From Nitrospinota bacterium (GTDB lineage: Bacteria; JADFOP01): a stretch of DNA of 33,013 bases. The notes under the pieces are model-generated. The model searched no databases, was not told where the DNA came from, and saw only the letters and a program-made list of their open reading frames with translations. Shown in pieces: positions 9,552 to 18,288 of this stretch. The translations under genes were made by a program, and so were the position numbers. The stretch is from the NCBI GenBank assembly GCA_022562795.1, contig JADFOP010000023.1, positions 1 to 33,013 of the forward strand, in the 5' to 3' direction. Numbering within the stretch: position 1 is the first letter of the stretch; the number at the start of each line of letters is the position of its first letter.

Positions 9552-11315
9552 ATGGACGAGGCCCGTACCATCCTCATCGTCGACGACGAGCCCGATAACG
9601 TCGACCTGGTTGACCAGCACCTTCGCCGCATAGGCTACATCACTCAGCTCGCCTACAGCGGTGAAGAGGCCTTGGAGCTCTTCGAGCGCCAGAGGCCCGA
9701 CTGCGTGCTGCTCGACGTCATGATGCCCCGCATGAACGGCTTCGAGGTCTGCCAGCGCATCAAGGCCGCCACAGGGGCATCCGACTACGTGCCTGTCATG
9801 ATGGTCACCGTACTCGACGACATCGACTCCATCGTCGAGGGCCTGGAGCGAAGCGGCGCTGACGACTACCTAACCAAGCCGTTCAAGGCCCGGGAGCTTA
9901 TCGCCCGGGTCTCGACCCTCATCCGCTCCAAGGTCTACTGGGATCGCCTCCAGGCCGCCCACCAGGAGCTCGTCCGAAAAGACCTCTACCTGGAGCGCAT
10001 GCTCGACCCGCTGTGGATTCTAGACGAGGCCGGCCTCACGGTGGAGGTGAACCCTGCCTTTTGCCGCCTGGTCGGCAGGGAGCGTGATGCGGTCCTTGAG
10101 CGGCCCGCCGAGGCGTTTTTCGGCGACGAGGACCGAGGCCGGCTCGAGGCGGCCCTGCGGGCCCTCCGTGGGGGAGATCGACCCGAGCCCATGGAGCTCT
10201 ACGTCATTGACTCGGACGGGCAGCCCCTGCCGGCTCTGGCCTCCCTCAGCCCGATACTGCAGAATCGAAAGATGCTGGGCACGATCGTAGTGCTCAGGGA
10301 TCTTAGGGAGAAGAGGGCCCTGGAGGAGGCTGTGGCCGAGCGGGAGGCCCAGCTTAAAAGCCTCGAGGAGCAGCTCGAGGCATTCCATCTCACCAAGCGC
10401 ATCGTCGGAACCTCCCGGCCCCTGCGCCAATCTCTGGAGATTACCCGCCAGGCGGCAGCCTCTTCGGCGAGCGCCCTGCTGGTCGGCGAAAGCGGCACAG
10501 GCAAGGAGCTTTTCGCCCACGCCTTCCACCGGTGGAGCGAGCGGGCGGAGGGGCCTTTCGTAACGGTGGCGTGCGCCGCCCTGCCGGACGCCCTCCTGGA
10601 GGCAGAGCTCTTCGGCTCCGAAGAGGGGGCGGAGGCGGCGGGCCGCAAGACGGGCCGCATCGAGCAGGCCGACGGCGGCACCCTCTTTCTTGATGAGATC
10701 GGCGAGACGAGCCCCGCCGTCCAGGTCAAGCTCCTGCGGCTCCTCCAGGAGGGAGAGTTCGAGCCTCTCGGGGCCACCGAGGCACGAACGGTCGATGTCC
10801 GCCTCGTCGCCTCAACCACCAAGGAGCTGGCCGCCGAGGTCGAGGCCGGGCGCTTCCGCGAGGACCTCTACTACCGGCTCTCCGTCATAACCATCCCCCT
10901 GGTGCCTCTGCGCGAGCGCAAAGAGGATATCCCGCTTCTCATCGACCACTTCCTGAAGCTCTACAACGAGAAGAACCACAAAGCAGTCCAGGGCCTGGCG
11001 AAAAAGGCCTCCTACGCCCTTGCCGACTACTCATGGCCCGGAAACATTCAGGAGCTGGAGAACACGGTCGAGCGGGCGGTGGTGCTCTGCCGAGGAGACC
11101 TCATCACCGAGGAGGACCTCCCCGAAGAGGTTCGCCTGGAGGGCGAGGAGAAGAAAAAGCTCGTCATCCCAATGGGAGCGACGCTCGAAGAGATCGAGAA
11201 ACGGGTCATCGTCGAGACCCTCAAGCATTACCGGGGCAACAAACAGGCGGCCGCCAGGGCTCTCGGCATCGCCGCGCGGACCATCTACCGCAAGCTCGGC
11301 CAGGACAAAGACTGA
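9552..11315 (+). CDS. NtrC/Fis-family regulator (REC-PAS-AAA+-HTH) with a degenerate sigma54-contact loop
   Basis: Receiver domain, PAS, Walker A GESGTGKE, Walker [18 protein letters not shown] and Fis HTH. GAFTGA is replaced by GAEAAG. Confidence 0.92.
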   Translation: MDEARTILIVDDEPDNVDLVDQHLRRIGYITQLAYSGEEALELFERQRPDCVLLDVMMPRMNGFEVCQRIKAATGASDYVPVMMVTVLDDIDSIVEGLERSGADDYLTKPFKARELIARVSTLIRSKVYWDRLQAAHQELVRKDLYLERMLDPLWILDEAGLTVEVNPAFCRLVGRERDAVLERPAEAFFGDEDRGRLEAALRALRGGDRPEPMELYVIDSDGQPLPALASLSPILQNRKMLGTIVVLRDLREKRALEEAVAEREAQLKSLEEQLEAFHLTKRIVGTSRPLRQSLEITRQAAASSASALLVGESGTGKELFAHAFHRWSERAEGPFVTVACAALPDALLEAELFGSEEGAEAAGRKTGRIEQADGGTLFLDEIGETSPAVQVKLLRLLQEGEFEPLGATEARTVDVRLVASTTKELAAEVEAGRFREDLYYRLSVITIPLVPLRERKEDIPLLIDHFLKLYNEKNHKAVQGLAKKASYALADYSWPGNIQELENTVERAVVLCRGDLITEEDLPEEVRLEGEEKKKLVIPMGATLEEIEKRVIVETLKHYRGNKQAAARALGIAARTIYRKLGQDKD

Positions 11316-11556
11316 ATCTAGTGACCCTCCTCCGGCGGGCCTGAGGCGGACTTGCGACACTCTGTCCCAGGATTCACCCCTTCCCAGGCGTACAGCCACA
11401 GTCGGGGCGGCGTTAATCCCGGCTCACCTCCTCTTCAACTTTTTTGGAAGTTCGGAGTTCCAGGGAAATCTTAATCCGGGCCACCTAAGAGGAATTTGCG
11501 CCTTCATCGTCTATACGTAGCATATTCACAGAGCAAAAGGATTGCTCATAGGGAGC

Positions 11557-13815
11557 CTAGCCTCCTTGCCGAAGCTGGTGAGCAAGGGCCCGGATTTGCT
11601 CAATCCGGGGGTGGTTGGGTTCGAGGCGGATGACTTCCTCCAGGTGGTGAAGTGCCTTCTTTGGAGCCCCGAGGTGTTTGAGATAGAGTTGGGCGAGGTT
11701 GTAGTGGGCCCGAGCGTGGCGAGCGTCGGCGGCTATGGCCCGGCGGAATGCGTCTTCGGCCTTAGCATAGTTTCCCTCGGATTCCAGCAATATTCCCAGA
11801 TTGTTGAGAGCCTTAGTGTAGGTCTGCTCCAGCCGGATTGCCTCTCGGTAGGCCGCCTTGGCTTGCTCCTTAAGGCCCTGGCGCTCATATGTTTGACCCA
11901 GATTGAAGTGTGCCCGGGCGTAGCTCGGGTCGGCGGCTATGGCCCGGCGGAATGCTCCTTCGGCCCTAGCATAGTTGCCTTCTGAGACCCACAAGAGTCC
12001 GAGGTTGTTGAGCGCCATGGGGGAGTTCGGCTCCAGCCGGATTGCCTCTCGGTAGGCCGCCTTGGCTTGCTCTCTAAGGTTCTGGCGCTGGTATAGGAGC
12101 CCCAGGTTGTAGTGGGGAGAAGCGTAGGTTGGGTCTGAAGCTATGGCTTGATGGAAAGCGTTCCCCGCATCGGTATAATTGCCCTCCGAGTCCCACAAAA
12201 GTCCGAGGTTGTTGAGCGCCAAGGGGAAATTCGGCCTAAACCGGATTGCCTCTCGGTAGGCCGCCTTGGCTTGCTCTCTAAGGTTCTGGCGCTGGTATAG
12301 GAGCCCCAGGTTGAAGTGAGCCCAGGCGGACCAGTGTGGTCGCAAGTTGGGTAGTGCTCGGCGAAGAAACTCGACAGCCTGCTCGTCCTTTTCCTGGTCG
12401 ACGTAGATTTTCCCCAGCGCGAAGTAGGCCTTGCCCTCCACGGGCCAACGACGGATAGTGGCTTTGAGCTGTTCTTCGGCCTCAACGTATCGGCCCTTCT
12501 GCCCCAGCGCAACGCCCAGATTGAGATGAGCTTTGTGGCTGTCGGGCTCAAGACGCGCCGTTTCGCTCCACAATGTGATGTCGTCACGCCACATGGTGTT
12601 TTGCGTCAAGGTGATGGATGCCCAGGCGACGAGTACCGAGGTACCGAGTGTGGCGACGGCTCGTCCACCCGGAACACCCCACCGTTCTTTCGCGGCCCGG
12701 CCCCCCTCGACCACACACCAACCCACGATGGCGCAGAAACCGACTGAGGGCAGATAGAGGAAGCGATCCGCCATGGGAGTGCGAATAGGGACCAGATTAG
12801 TGACCGGGATGAGTGTCAAACCGAGCCACGCGAGCCCCAGCGTAAGAGTTGGATGGCGACGGCGTGCGAACCACGCCAAGGCCGCCAGGGCTGCCAGAAG
12901 CGACCACGAAACGATACTGGCGGCATCAAGGCCCGTCGACGGGGTGATGACATAATCGGGTCGGATGTTGAAAGGCAACAGTAGGTGACCTAGGTAGGCG
13001 ATGAAAATCCGGCCTGTGGTCAGCAGGGCTGCCAAGGGCGAGCCGCCCAGGTAGGTATCCCCCTGGTGGACGTTGGTAAACAGCCCGAAACGAAGCCAGC
13101 TATAGAAAGCAGCAGCAATAGTGTAGCCAATATAAGGCAGAACACCTCGGCGGTTTAGTAATGCCTTCGGCCTGTCCTTGCGAACGTCGAGGAAGAAAGC
13201 TACCAGCGGTACGGTCGCGCCCATCTCCTTGCCCGTGCACGACAGAAAGTAGCTCACCGCCGCAAGGCCCGCCCAGACCAGAGGCCAGTTGTTAGGTCGG
13301 TCTCGAAGGCGAAGATGGCACAATAGGGCGGCGATGAAGAAGGGTGTCGCTAATAGGTCCACCTGCATAGCCGATACTTGGACAAGCTCTATGTGAATGG
13401 GGTGGACGGCGAAGGCCAGGGCCCCAACGAGGGCAACCACTTCATCGGAGGTCAGCTGTCGGAGGACCACAAGGACGAGCATGGCGTTGAGAGCGTGGAG
13501 AAAAATGTTGTAGAGGTGATGGCCAGGTGCGTTGAGGCCAAAGAGGGTGTAGGCCAGAAGCCAGGAGAGATTCTCCAGCGGTCGGTATGAGAAAATATGG
13601 AAGGTTCGATTGTATGTGGAGGTGGGGTTGACAAGCTCCCACATATTGGACCAGGAGCGGATGGTGGTGTTTTGAACGATGGAGACCCAGTCGTCGTAGA
13701 TGAACTCGTTCTGGAGGCTGTTGGCAAAGACACCAAATGCCACGGCGGCCACGAGCAATAATGGTCCCAAGCGCCGGAGCAGGGAGGGTGCAGGACTTAT
13801 GGTGGGTGATGTCAT
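11557..13815 (-). CDS. TMTC-like GT-C membrane glycosyltransferase with C-terminal TPRs
   Basis: Multi-TM N-terminal half with FIYDD, YRPL, AVHPIH.E, KE.G.T.P, ADRFLYLPS.G and W.DD.TLW; about 9 TPRs. Confidence 0.85.
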   Translation of the reverse strand: MTSPTISPAPSLLRRLGPLLLVAAVAFGVFANSLQNEFIYDDWVSIVQNTTIRSWSNMWELVNPTSTYNRTFHIFSYRPLENLSWLLAYTLFGLNAPGHHLYNIFLHALNAMLVLVVLRQLTSDEVVALVGALAFAVHPIHIELVQVSAMQVDLLATPFFIAALLCHLRLRDRPNNWPLVWAGLAAVSYFLSCTGKEMGATVPLVAFFLDVRKDRPKALLNRRGVLPYIGYTIAAAFYSWLRFGLFTNVHQGDTYLGGSPLAALLTTGRIFIAYLGHLLLPFNIRPDYVITPSTGLDAASIVSWSLLAALAALAWFARRRHPTLTLGLAWLGLTLIPVTNLVPIRTPMADRFLYLPSVGFCAIVGWCVVEGGRAAKERWGVPGGRAVATLGTSVLVAWASITLTQNTMWRDDITLWSETARLEPDSHKAHLNLGVALGQKGRYVEAEEQLKATIRRWPVEGKAYFALGKIYVDQEKDEQAVEFLRRALPNLRPHWSAWAHFNLGLLYQRQNLREQAKAAYREAIRFRPNFPLALNNLGLLWDSEGNYTDAGNAFHQAIASDPTYASPHYNLGLLYQRQNLREQAKAAYREAIRLEPNSPMALNNLGLLWVSEGNYARAEGAFRRAIAADPSYARAHFNLGQTYERQGLKEQAKAAYREAIRLEQTYTKALNNLGILLESEGNYAKAEDAFRRAIAADARHARAHYNLAQLYLKHLGAPKKALHHLEEVIRLEPNHPRIEQIRALAHQLRQGG
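11700..12320. repeat. Three intragenic 204-nt tandem units (two TPRs each)
   Basis: CCGGATTGCCTCTCGGTAGGCCGCCTTGGCTTGCTC recurs at 11833, 12037 and 12241. Boundaries approximate. Confidence 0.9.
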
Positions 13816-14196
13816 TAGGGCCTGTCAGTGTCGGGCAGTATGGTCTCCTTTTAAGCCCGAATCACTTTCAAAGCGGTCTCCGAAGCGGCATCAATTGTCC
13901 TCATGGAGCGCAACCACCTCATTACAATGGATCAACGAGAAATGCCGAGCCATTTATTGAAGGTCACCTCGGCCTAGAGCTCTGCATCCTTGCCCCCCTC
14001 AGTTGGCTTCGCGACTTTCGACGGTACTGCGAGCTTGGACTGGAGAAGTGGTGTGTGTGAAACATTACATAATTCAAGTAGACTGTGCAAGCGCCATTCC
14101 CAGGCCCGCCTCCGGCGTCTCTTCACCCCCATGGGGATAGGGCTGGCTCCGTCTTACGCGGACCATAAAGACTGTCCCTACATCTCCGGGTAGTCG

Positions 14197-14213
14197 GTCC
14201 GCCTGAGGCGGAC
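14197..14213. repeat. Short palindrome GTCCGCCTGAGGCGGAC (other copies at 14336-14351 and, partial, 11339-11354)
   Basis: 7-bp inverted arms around TGA; recurs three times, always intergenic. Confidence 0.75.
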
Positions 14214-14253
14214 TTGTCGCTCCCTGTCCGAGGGCTTAAAGGGCAGGTCTTGT

Positions 14254-14311
14254 GTAGGGACAGGGCTTGTCCCTGTCCGAAACGACGGACAGCCACAAGG
14301 GCTGTCCCTAC
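14254..14311. repeat. GTAG-type REP doublet (REPIN-like)
   Basis: GTAGGGACAGGGCTTGTCCCTGTCCG-AAACGA-CGGACAGCCACAAGGGCTGTCCCTAC; near-identical to 16490-16547. Confidence 0.9.
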
Positions 14312-14488
14312 ATCTCCGGGTAGTCGGGGTCAGGGGTCCGCCTGAGGCGGAACTACCCTTTTATGGTTACCTGTCCGAAAATTGACTTTCTACCTTAAAA
14401 ATCCGAAAAAATTTTCCCTCCTATCCTTCTTTTTTTCAATAAGTTCCGGGCGGGGCAAAAAAAAATCCTCTCGAAGGCCCTTTTTTCC

Positions 14489-14518
14489 TTGACAAGATTA
14501 CCCAGTATGGATTATATT
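14489..14518 (+). promoter_or_regulatory. Sigma70-type promoter of the porin gene
   Basis: TTGACA-N18-TATATT with A/T tracts upstream. Confidence 0.6.
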
Positions 14519-14725
14519 TCATGTAACTCTTGGACAATATGACAGGGTTCATAATTCAAATGAAAAACATCATGACAGAAGTTACCAAGTTGGGTCAATC
14601 CAGAAGGAAAGGAGGTGGGAAAAAGGAGGACCCCCTAAGGGGGAAGTTTTCACACCGACCAGAGACGGTCGGAATGGGTCAAGTAAGTAACATTTCAACT
14701 AATGGAATTGGATAGGAGGTAAGTC

Positions 14726-16354
14726 ATGAGGAAGGTATTTATCGCGAGCGTGGGCACGCTCCTGGTACTTTTCCTCGCCACTTCCGGTTACCCGGCACAG
14801 GGTGCGGCAGCGGTGCAGGCTTCAGGAGACATCACGCTCCACTTCGGCATTCAGCAAGAGAACGACTACGAGGTCCGGGACAACTACGACCTCGACAACG
14901 GCCTGACCGACGGCTGTACGAGCCGACTGTTCAGGGGTGAACACGCGACAGACGGGTTCTTCACCCAAGAAACGCGTCTCATCTTCCAGGGCTCCCAGGG
15001 CGACATCTGGAAGGCGCGGATCACCCTGGAAAGCGCAGGAAACGAGGTTCCGTTGGGGGATCAGGAGCAAGTCAACATTCAGATAGAGAGGGCCTGGGCG
15101 GACATCAAAATCTACGACACGCCGGTCCGCGTCAAGCTTGGCGCCCCTCTGTGGGACCAGCTCGATCCTTTCCGGCTGATCTGGTCCGATGACGATATGG
15201 GGATCAAAGTTTACGCCACCCACGGTAACATCTCGTGGGCATTCTGGTGGTTGAAGGAAAATGAGTCGAACAACGCCGGCATCTCCGGCCACGAAGCTGG
15301 CCGCGACGGCGACCAGGACTACTACCTGGCCCGCGTGGACCTCGACTTCGGCTCCTTCCAGGTCAGCCCGATTTTCGGCTACGTCCGGAACCGCACCGCA
15401 GTCAAGGATGCTCGGTGGGGCAGGGGCGTAAACGGCGACTTCTCGAACGATACCACCGTCATGGTGGCTGACGAGAACATTTACTACCCGGGCGTCATCG
15501 CCAAGGGCACCTTTGGGCCTGTCTCCTTCATCGGCGAGTTCGCCGCGGCCCTGGGTGAGATCGGCGACGACTCGTCCGTGGACTCCCAGCGCGAGCAGGA
15601 TGTCTCGGCCTTCATGGCTGCCGTCGACATCGGCGTGAAGCTCGGCGCCTGGACGCCCCACTTCGGTATCATCTGGATGTCGGGTGACGATAACCCGCTC
15701 GACGATGACGCAGAGGCCTGGGCGCCCATAGCGTCCGACAACGAGAACCTCCTCGGCACGCGCGGCATCATTATGGACGACTCGATCGGCGTGCTTGAAA
15801 TCTCCGACGACGCCCTCACGGCGGACGGCGTCAGCCCGACGTCCCGGCAGTTCTTCACCCAGCCGGGCATCATCGCCGTGTTTGCGGGGCTTAAGGGTCG
15901 GCCGACGAAGAAGATCAAGACCGACCTCAACCTCGTCTACTTCCAGTGGGATTCGGAGAAGCAGTTCGAGTACAGGGACGGGATCGTGACTACGGTAAAC
16001 TGCGACGGTAGCGCTGACTGTCCCAACACCACGTTCACCAACGCGGTTGCCGATTCGTCCGGGCTCGTCACTACAATTGACGACGAGGTCGGCTGGGAGC
16101 TCAACGGCCAGGTCACTTACACCTACAACAAGCACGTGACGCTGACCATGGCGGCGGCCGTCTTCTGGCCGGGTGACGGTGCTGAGCAAGTGGCCCAGTG
16201 CATCAACGCCATTGACAGTCAAGGGAGCGTCAACAGCACCCCTGCTCATATCGGGTCCCCTATCACTGGTTGTAGCCCTAAAGGGGAAATCACCAACGAG
16301 CGTGGCGACGACGAGGCCTTTAACATCGAGGTGGAGCTGCTGGTGCAGTTCTAA
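14726..16354 (+). CDS. Outer-membrane beta-barrel protein (porin-like)
   Basis: AGGAGGT SD; signal peptide; alternating amphipathic strands; C-terminal beta-signal VELLVQF; acidic; strong C-ending codon bias. Confidence 0.85.
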   Translation: MRKVFIASVGTLLVLFLATSGYPAQGAAAVQASGDITLHFGIQQENDYEVRDNYDLDNGLTDGCTSRLFRGEHATDGFFTQETRLIFQGSQGDIWKARITLESAGNEVPLGDQEQVNIQIERAWADIKIYDTPVRVKLGAPLWDQLDPFRLIWSDDDMGIKVYATHGNISWAFWWLKENESNNAGISGHEAGRDGDQDYYLARVDLDFGSFQVSPIFGYVRNRTAVKDARWGRGVNGDFSNDTTVMVADENIYYPGVIAKGTFGPVSFIGEFAAALGEIGDDSSVDSQREQDVSAFMAAVDIGVKLGAWTPHFGIIWMSGDDNPLDDDAEAWAPIASDNENLLGTRGIIMDDSIGVLEISDDALTADGVSPTSRQFFTQPGIIAVFAGLKGRPTKKIKTDLNLVYFQWDSEKQFEYRDGIVTTVNCDGSADCPNTTFTNAVADSSGLVTTIDDEVGWELNGQVTYTYNKHVTLTMAAAVFWPGDGAEQVAQCINAIDSQGSVNSTPAHIGSPITGCSPKGEITNERGDDEAFNIEVELLVQF

Positions 16355-16377
16355 CCATCTGCCTCCTTCACTCTTTC

Positions 16378-16421
16378 CCGAGGCCCCCTGCTCTTCACGG
16401 GCAGGGGGCCTCGGCCTGTTT
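16378..16421 (+). terminator. Terminator-like hairpin after the porin
   Basis: CCGAGGCCCCCTGCTC-TTCAC-GGGCAGGGGGCCTCGG; the U-tract is weak. Confidence 0.65.
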
Positions 16422-16440
16422 GGGGAATGGGGCAGCCCCT

Positions 16441-16547
16441 GTAGGGACAGGGCTTGTCCCTGTCCGTGCGTATGAAGGGCGAGCCTTGCGTAGGGACAGG
16501 GTTTATCCCTGTCCGAAACGACGGACAGCCACAAGGGCTGTCCCTAC
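16441..16547. repeat. Single REP (16441-16466) plus REP doublet (16490-16547)
   Basis: GTAGGGACAGGG(C/T)TT(G/A)TCCCTGTCCG units, with the inverted partner ending CCCTAC. Confidence 0.9.
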
Positions 16548-17026
16548 AGGTTGGGATCTGGGATACCCAGGCTAGACCAGCGGTATTCCTCCCATGTCTC
16601 GACCATCCCTTTGCGCACCTGGTTATGGACAATATACTCTGCTACTCGCTCGATGCTCTCTTCCCGCCGAAGGACGTGATCGTAGAATCTCCCTTGCCAA
16701 AGCTTCCCTGGCAGGCCCGTCCTCCATGCCAGACGGGTGCTGAGCCCTTTGAATCGCCCAACCCAATCCGTAAGGGAAAGACCGTCACCCGGCATCTCCG
16801 CGAGCAAATGGATGTGGTCTGGCATGAGGCAGTAGGCGTGGAGCATGACGCGCTCTCTGCGAGCGTGGTTCACAAGGAGGGTAAGAAGCGCTCGGTTCAG
16901 GGGGGAATCGATGAAGACGTTCCGTTGGTGAAGGGTGCAGATGGTGACAAAGTAGCACCTGGGCTCAGAATAATCGAAACCTTGCAAGCGGGGAGATGTT
17001 CTTTGTGAGGGATGTTCTCGTCGCAT
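16544..17026 (-). CDS. rayT: REP-associated tyrosine transposase (RAYT, HUH Y1 family)
   Basis: RL.GFDYS...YFVTICT, LMPDHIH (HUH), LWQGRFYDHVLR, YIVHN and YRWSS; REPs on both sides. Confidence 0.92.
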   Translation of the reverse strand: MRREHPSQRTSPRLQGFDYSEPRCYFVTICTLHQRNVFIDSPLNRALLTLLVNHARRERVMLHAYCLMPDHIHLLAEMPGDGLSLTDWVGRFKGLSTRLAWRTGLPGKLWQGRFYDHVLRREESIERVAEYIVHNQVRKGMVETWEEYRWSSLGIPDPNL

Positions 17027-17121
17027 ACATTGATGACGAGGGAACGCGGGAAAATATTACAATTATCACCCTGATAATGAGAACGGCGGACTCGGCCTTT
17101 ATTGAGAATGGGGCAGACGAT

Positions 17122-17257
17122 GTAGGGACGGGGTTTATCCCTGTCCGAAAAAAACGGACACCCATTAAGGGTGTCCCTATAGAAAGCAATGCTAAAAGGT
17201 GTCGGGGTGTGGGGCCACCTCGACTTTGGTAAGGCGGACAGCCGTAAAGGCTGTCCG
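17122..17257. repeat. Diverged REP doublet (17122-17180) and REP-core hairpin (17235-17257)
   Basis: GTAGGGACGGGGTTTATCCCTGTCCG...CGGACACCCATTAAGGGTGTCCCTAT; CGGACAGCCGTAAAGGCTGTCCG. Confidence 0.85.
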
Positions 17258-17262
17258 TGAGC

Positions 17263-18099
17263 TCAGGCCTCGTCAGATAGGCGGCTGCGCTTGAGCAAAG
17301 GCTCGTTCATCGAGCCCGAGCGGAAGCCCTCGAGATCGAGGGTCACGTAGCAGTAGCCGAGCTCCTTGAGGCTTTTGGTTACCCGCTCGACGAGGCCGTC
17401 GCGAAAGAGGCGCTCGAAATCAGCCGGGCCTAGCTCCAGCCGGGCGATGTCTCCGTGGTGGCGGACCCGAAAGTGGGTGAACTGGAGCGAGCGCAGCACG
17501 TTTTCGGCGGCGTCCACTTGCTTGAGCTTATCCACGGTGATTTTATCTCCATAGGGAAAGCGCGACGAGAGGCATGCGAAGGACTGCTTCTCCCAGGTGG
17601 GGAGGCCGAGCTCGCGCGATAGGGTGCGGATATCGTCTTTGGTGAGGCCCGCCTCCTGGAGTGGGCTTCGGACCGCGTGCTCGCGGGCGGCCTTCCTGCC
17701 TGGCCGCCAGTCGCCAAGGTCGTCGACGTTGGAGCCGTCGAGCACGGTCTCGTAGCCTAGCTCTTTGGACAGGGCCGAAAGCCGTTCGAATAGCTCTGTT
17801 TTGCAGAAGTAGCACCGCTCCGGGGGGTTGTCTTCGAAGCCGGGCCGCTGTAGCTCGTAGGTCCGAATAACCCGGTGGGCCGCCCCCATGGAGCGGGCCA
17901 ACGCCTTGGCTTCTTCAAGCTCTGCGCTCGGGAGGGTCTCGCTCGAAGCGGTCACCGCCAGCACCTTCTCTCCCAGAGCCATGTGCGCCACCTTGAGAAG
18001 CAAGGTCGAGTCAACGCCGCCGCTGAAGGCGACCATCACCCGCCCCATATTTCCAATTACCGCTTGAAGCCTCTCGTACTTCTCTCTGAGTTCCGCCAT
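17263..18099 (-). CDS. larE: LarE-family PP-loop ATP-dependent sulfur transferase
   Basis: AFSGGVDS, NPPERCYFCK, DGSN.DD..D.RPG, ACLSSRFPYG, FRVRHHG and GFRSGSMN. Confidence 0.9.
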   Translation of the reverse strand: MAELREKYERLQAVIGNMGRVMVAFSGGVDSTLLLKVAHMALGEKVLAVTASSETLPSAELEEAKALARSMGAAHRVIRTYELQRPGFEDNPPERCYFCKTELFERLSALSKELGYETVLDGSNVDDLGDWRPGRKAAREHAVRSPLQEAGLTKDDIRTLSRELGLPTWEKQSFACLSSRFPYGDKITVDKLKQVDAAENVLRSLQFTHFRVRHHGDIARLELGPADFERLFRDGLVERVTKSLKELGYCYVTLDLEGFRSGSMNEPLLKRSRLSDEA

Positions 18100-18288
18100 T
18101 TGGTGGTCCCGGCCTTTTTCTGAGATACAGAGTAGGGAAGGGGCGCTACGAGGCTCCTCTCTCTCTCCATCTTATCCGGCCTCCAGCCCCCTTAAACGCC
18201 TCCAATCTAGGCCAGCCCACCCCGCCCTGTCAAGGCGGGTTGTGGTATACTCCTCCTTCATCCGGAACCCCTTGTGGGAGAAGGACCA

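Noticed and set aside
11700-12320. 204-nt and 126-nt repeats as a CRISPR array or DGR template/variable pair
   Set aside because: In-frame coding TPR units with no unique spacers, and no cas or reverse transcriptase gene in the window.
14822-16534. 570-aa antisense ORF over the porin
   Set aside because: Shadow of strong codon bias; it starts inside a REP and has no protein-like motifs.
16544-17026. IS200/IS605 insertion sequence
   Set aside because: Motifs and multiple flanking GTAG-REPs fit a RAYT, and there is no tnpB.
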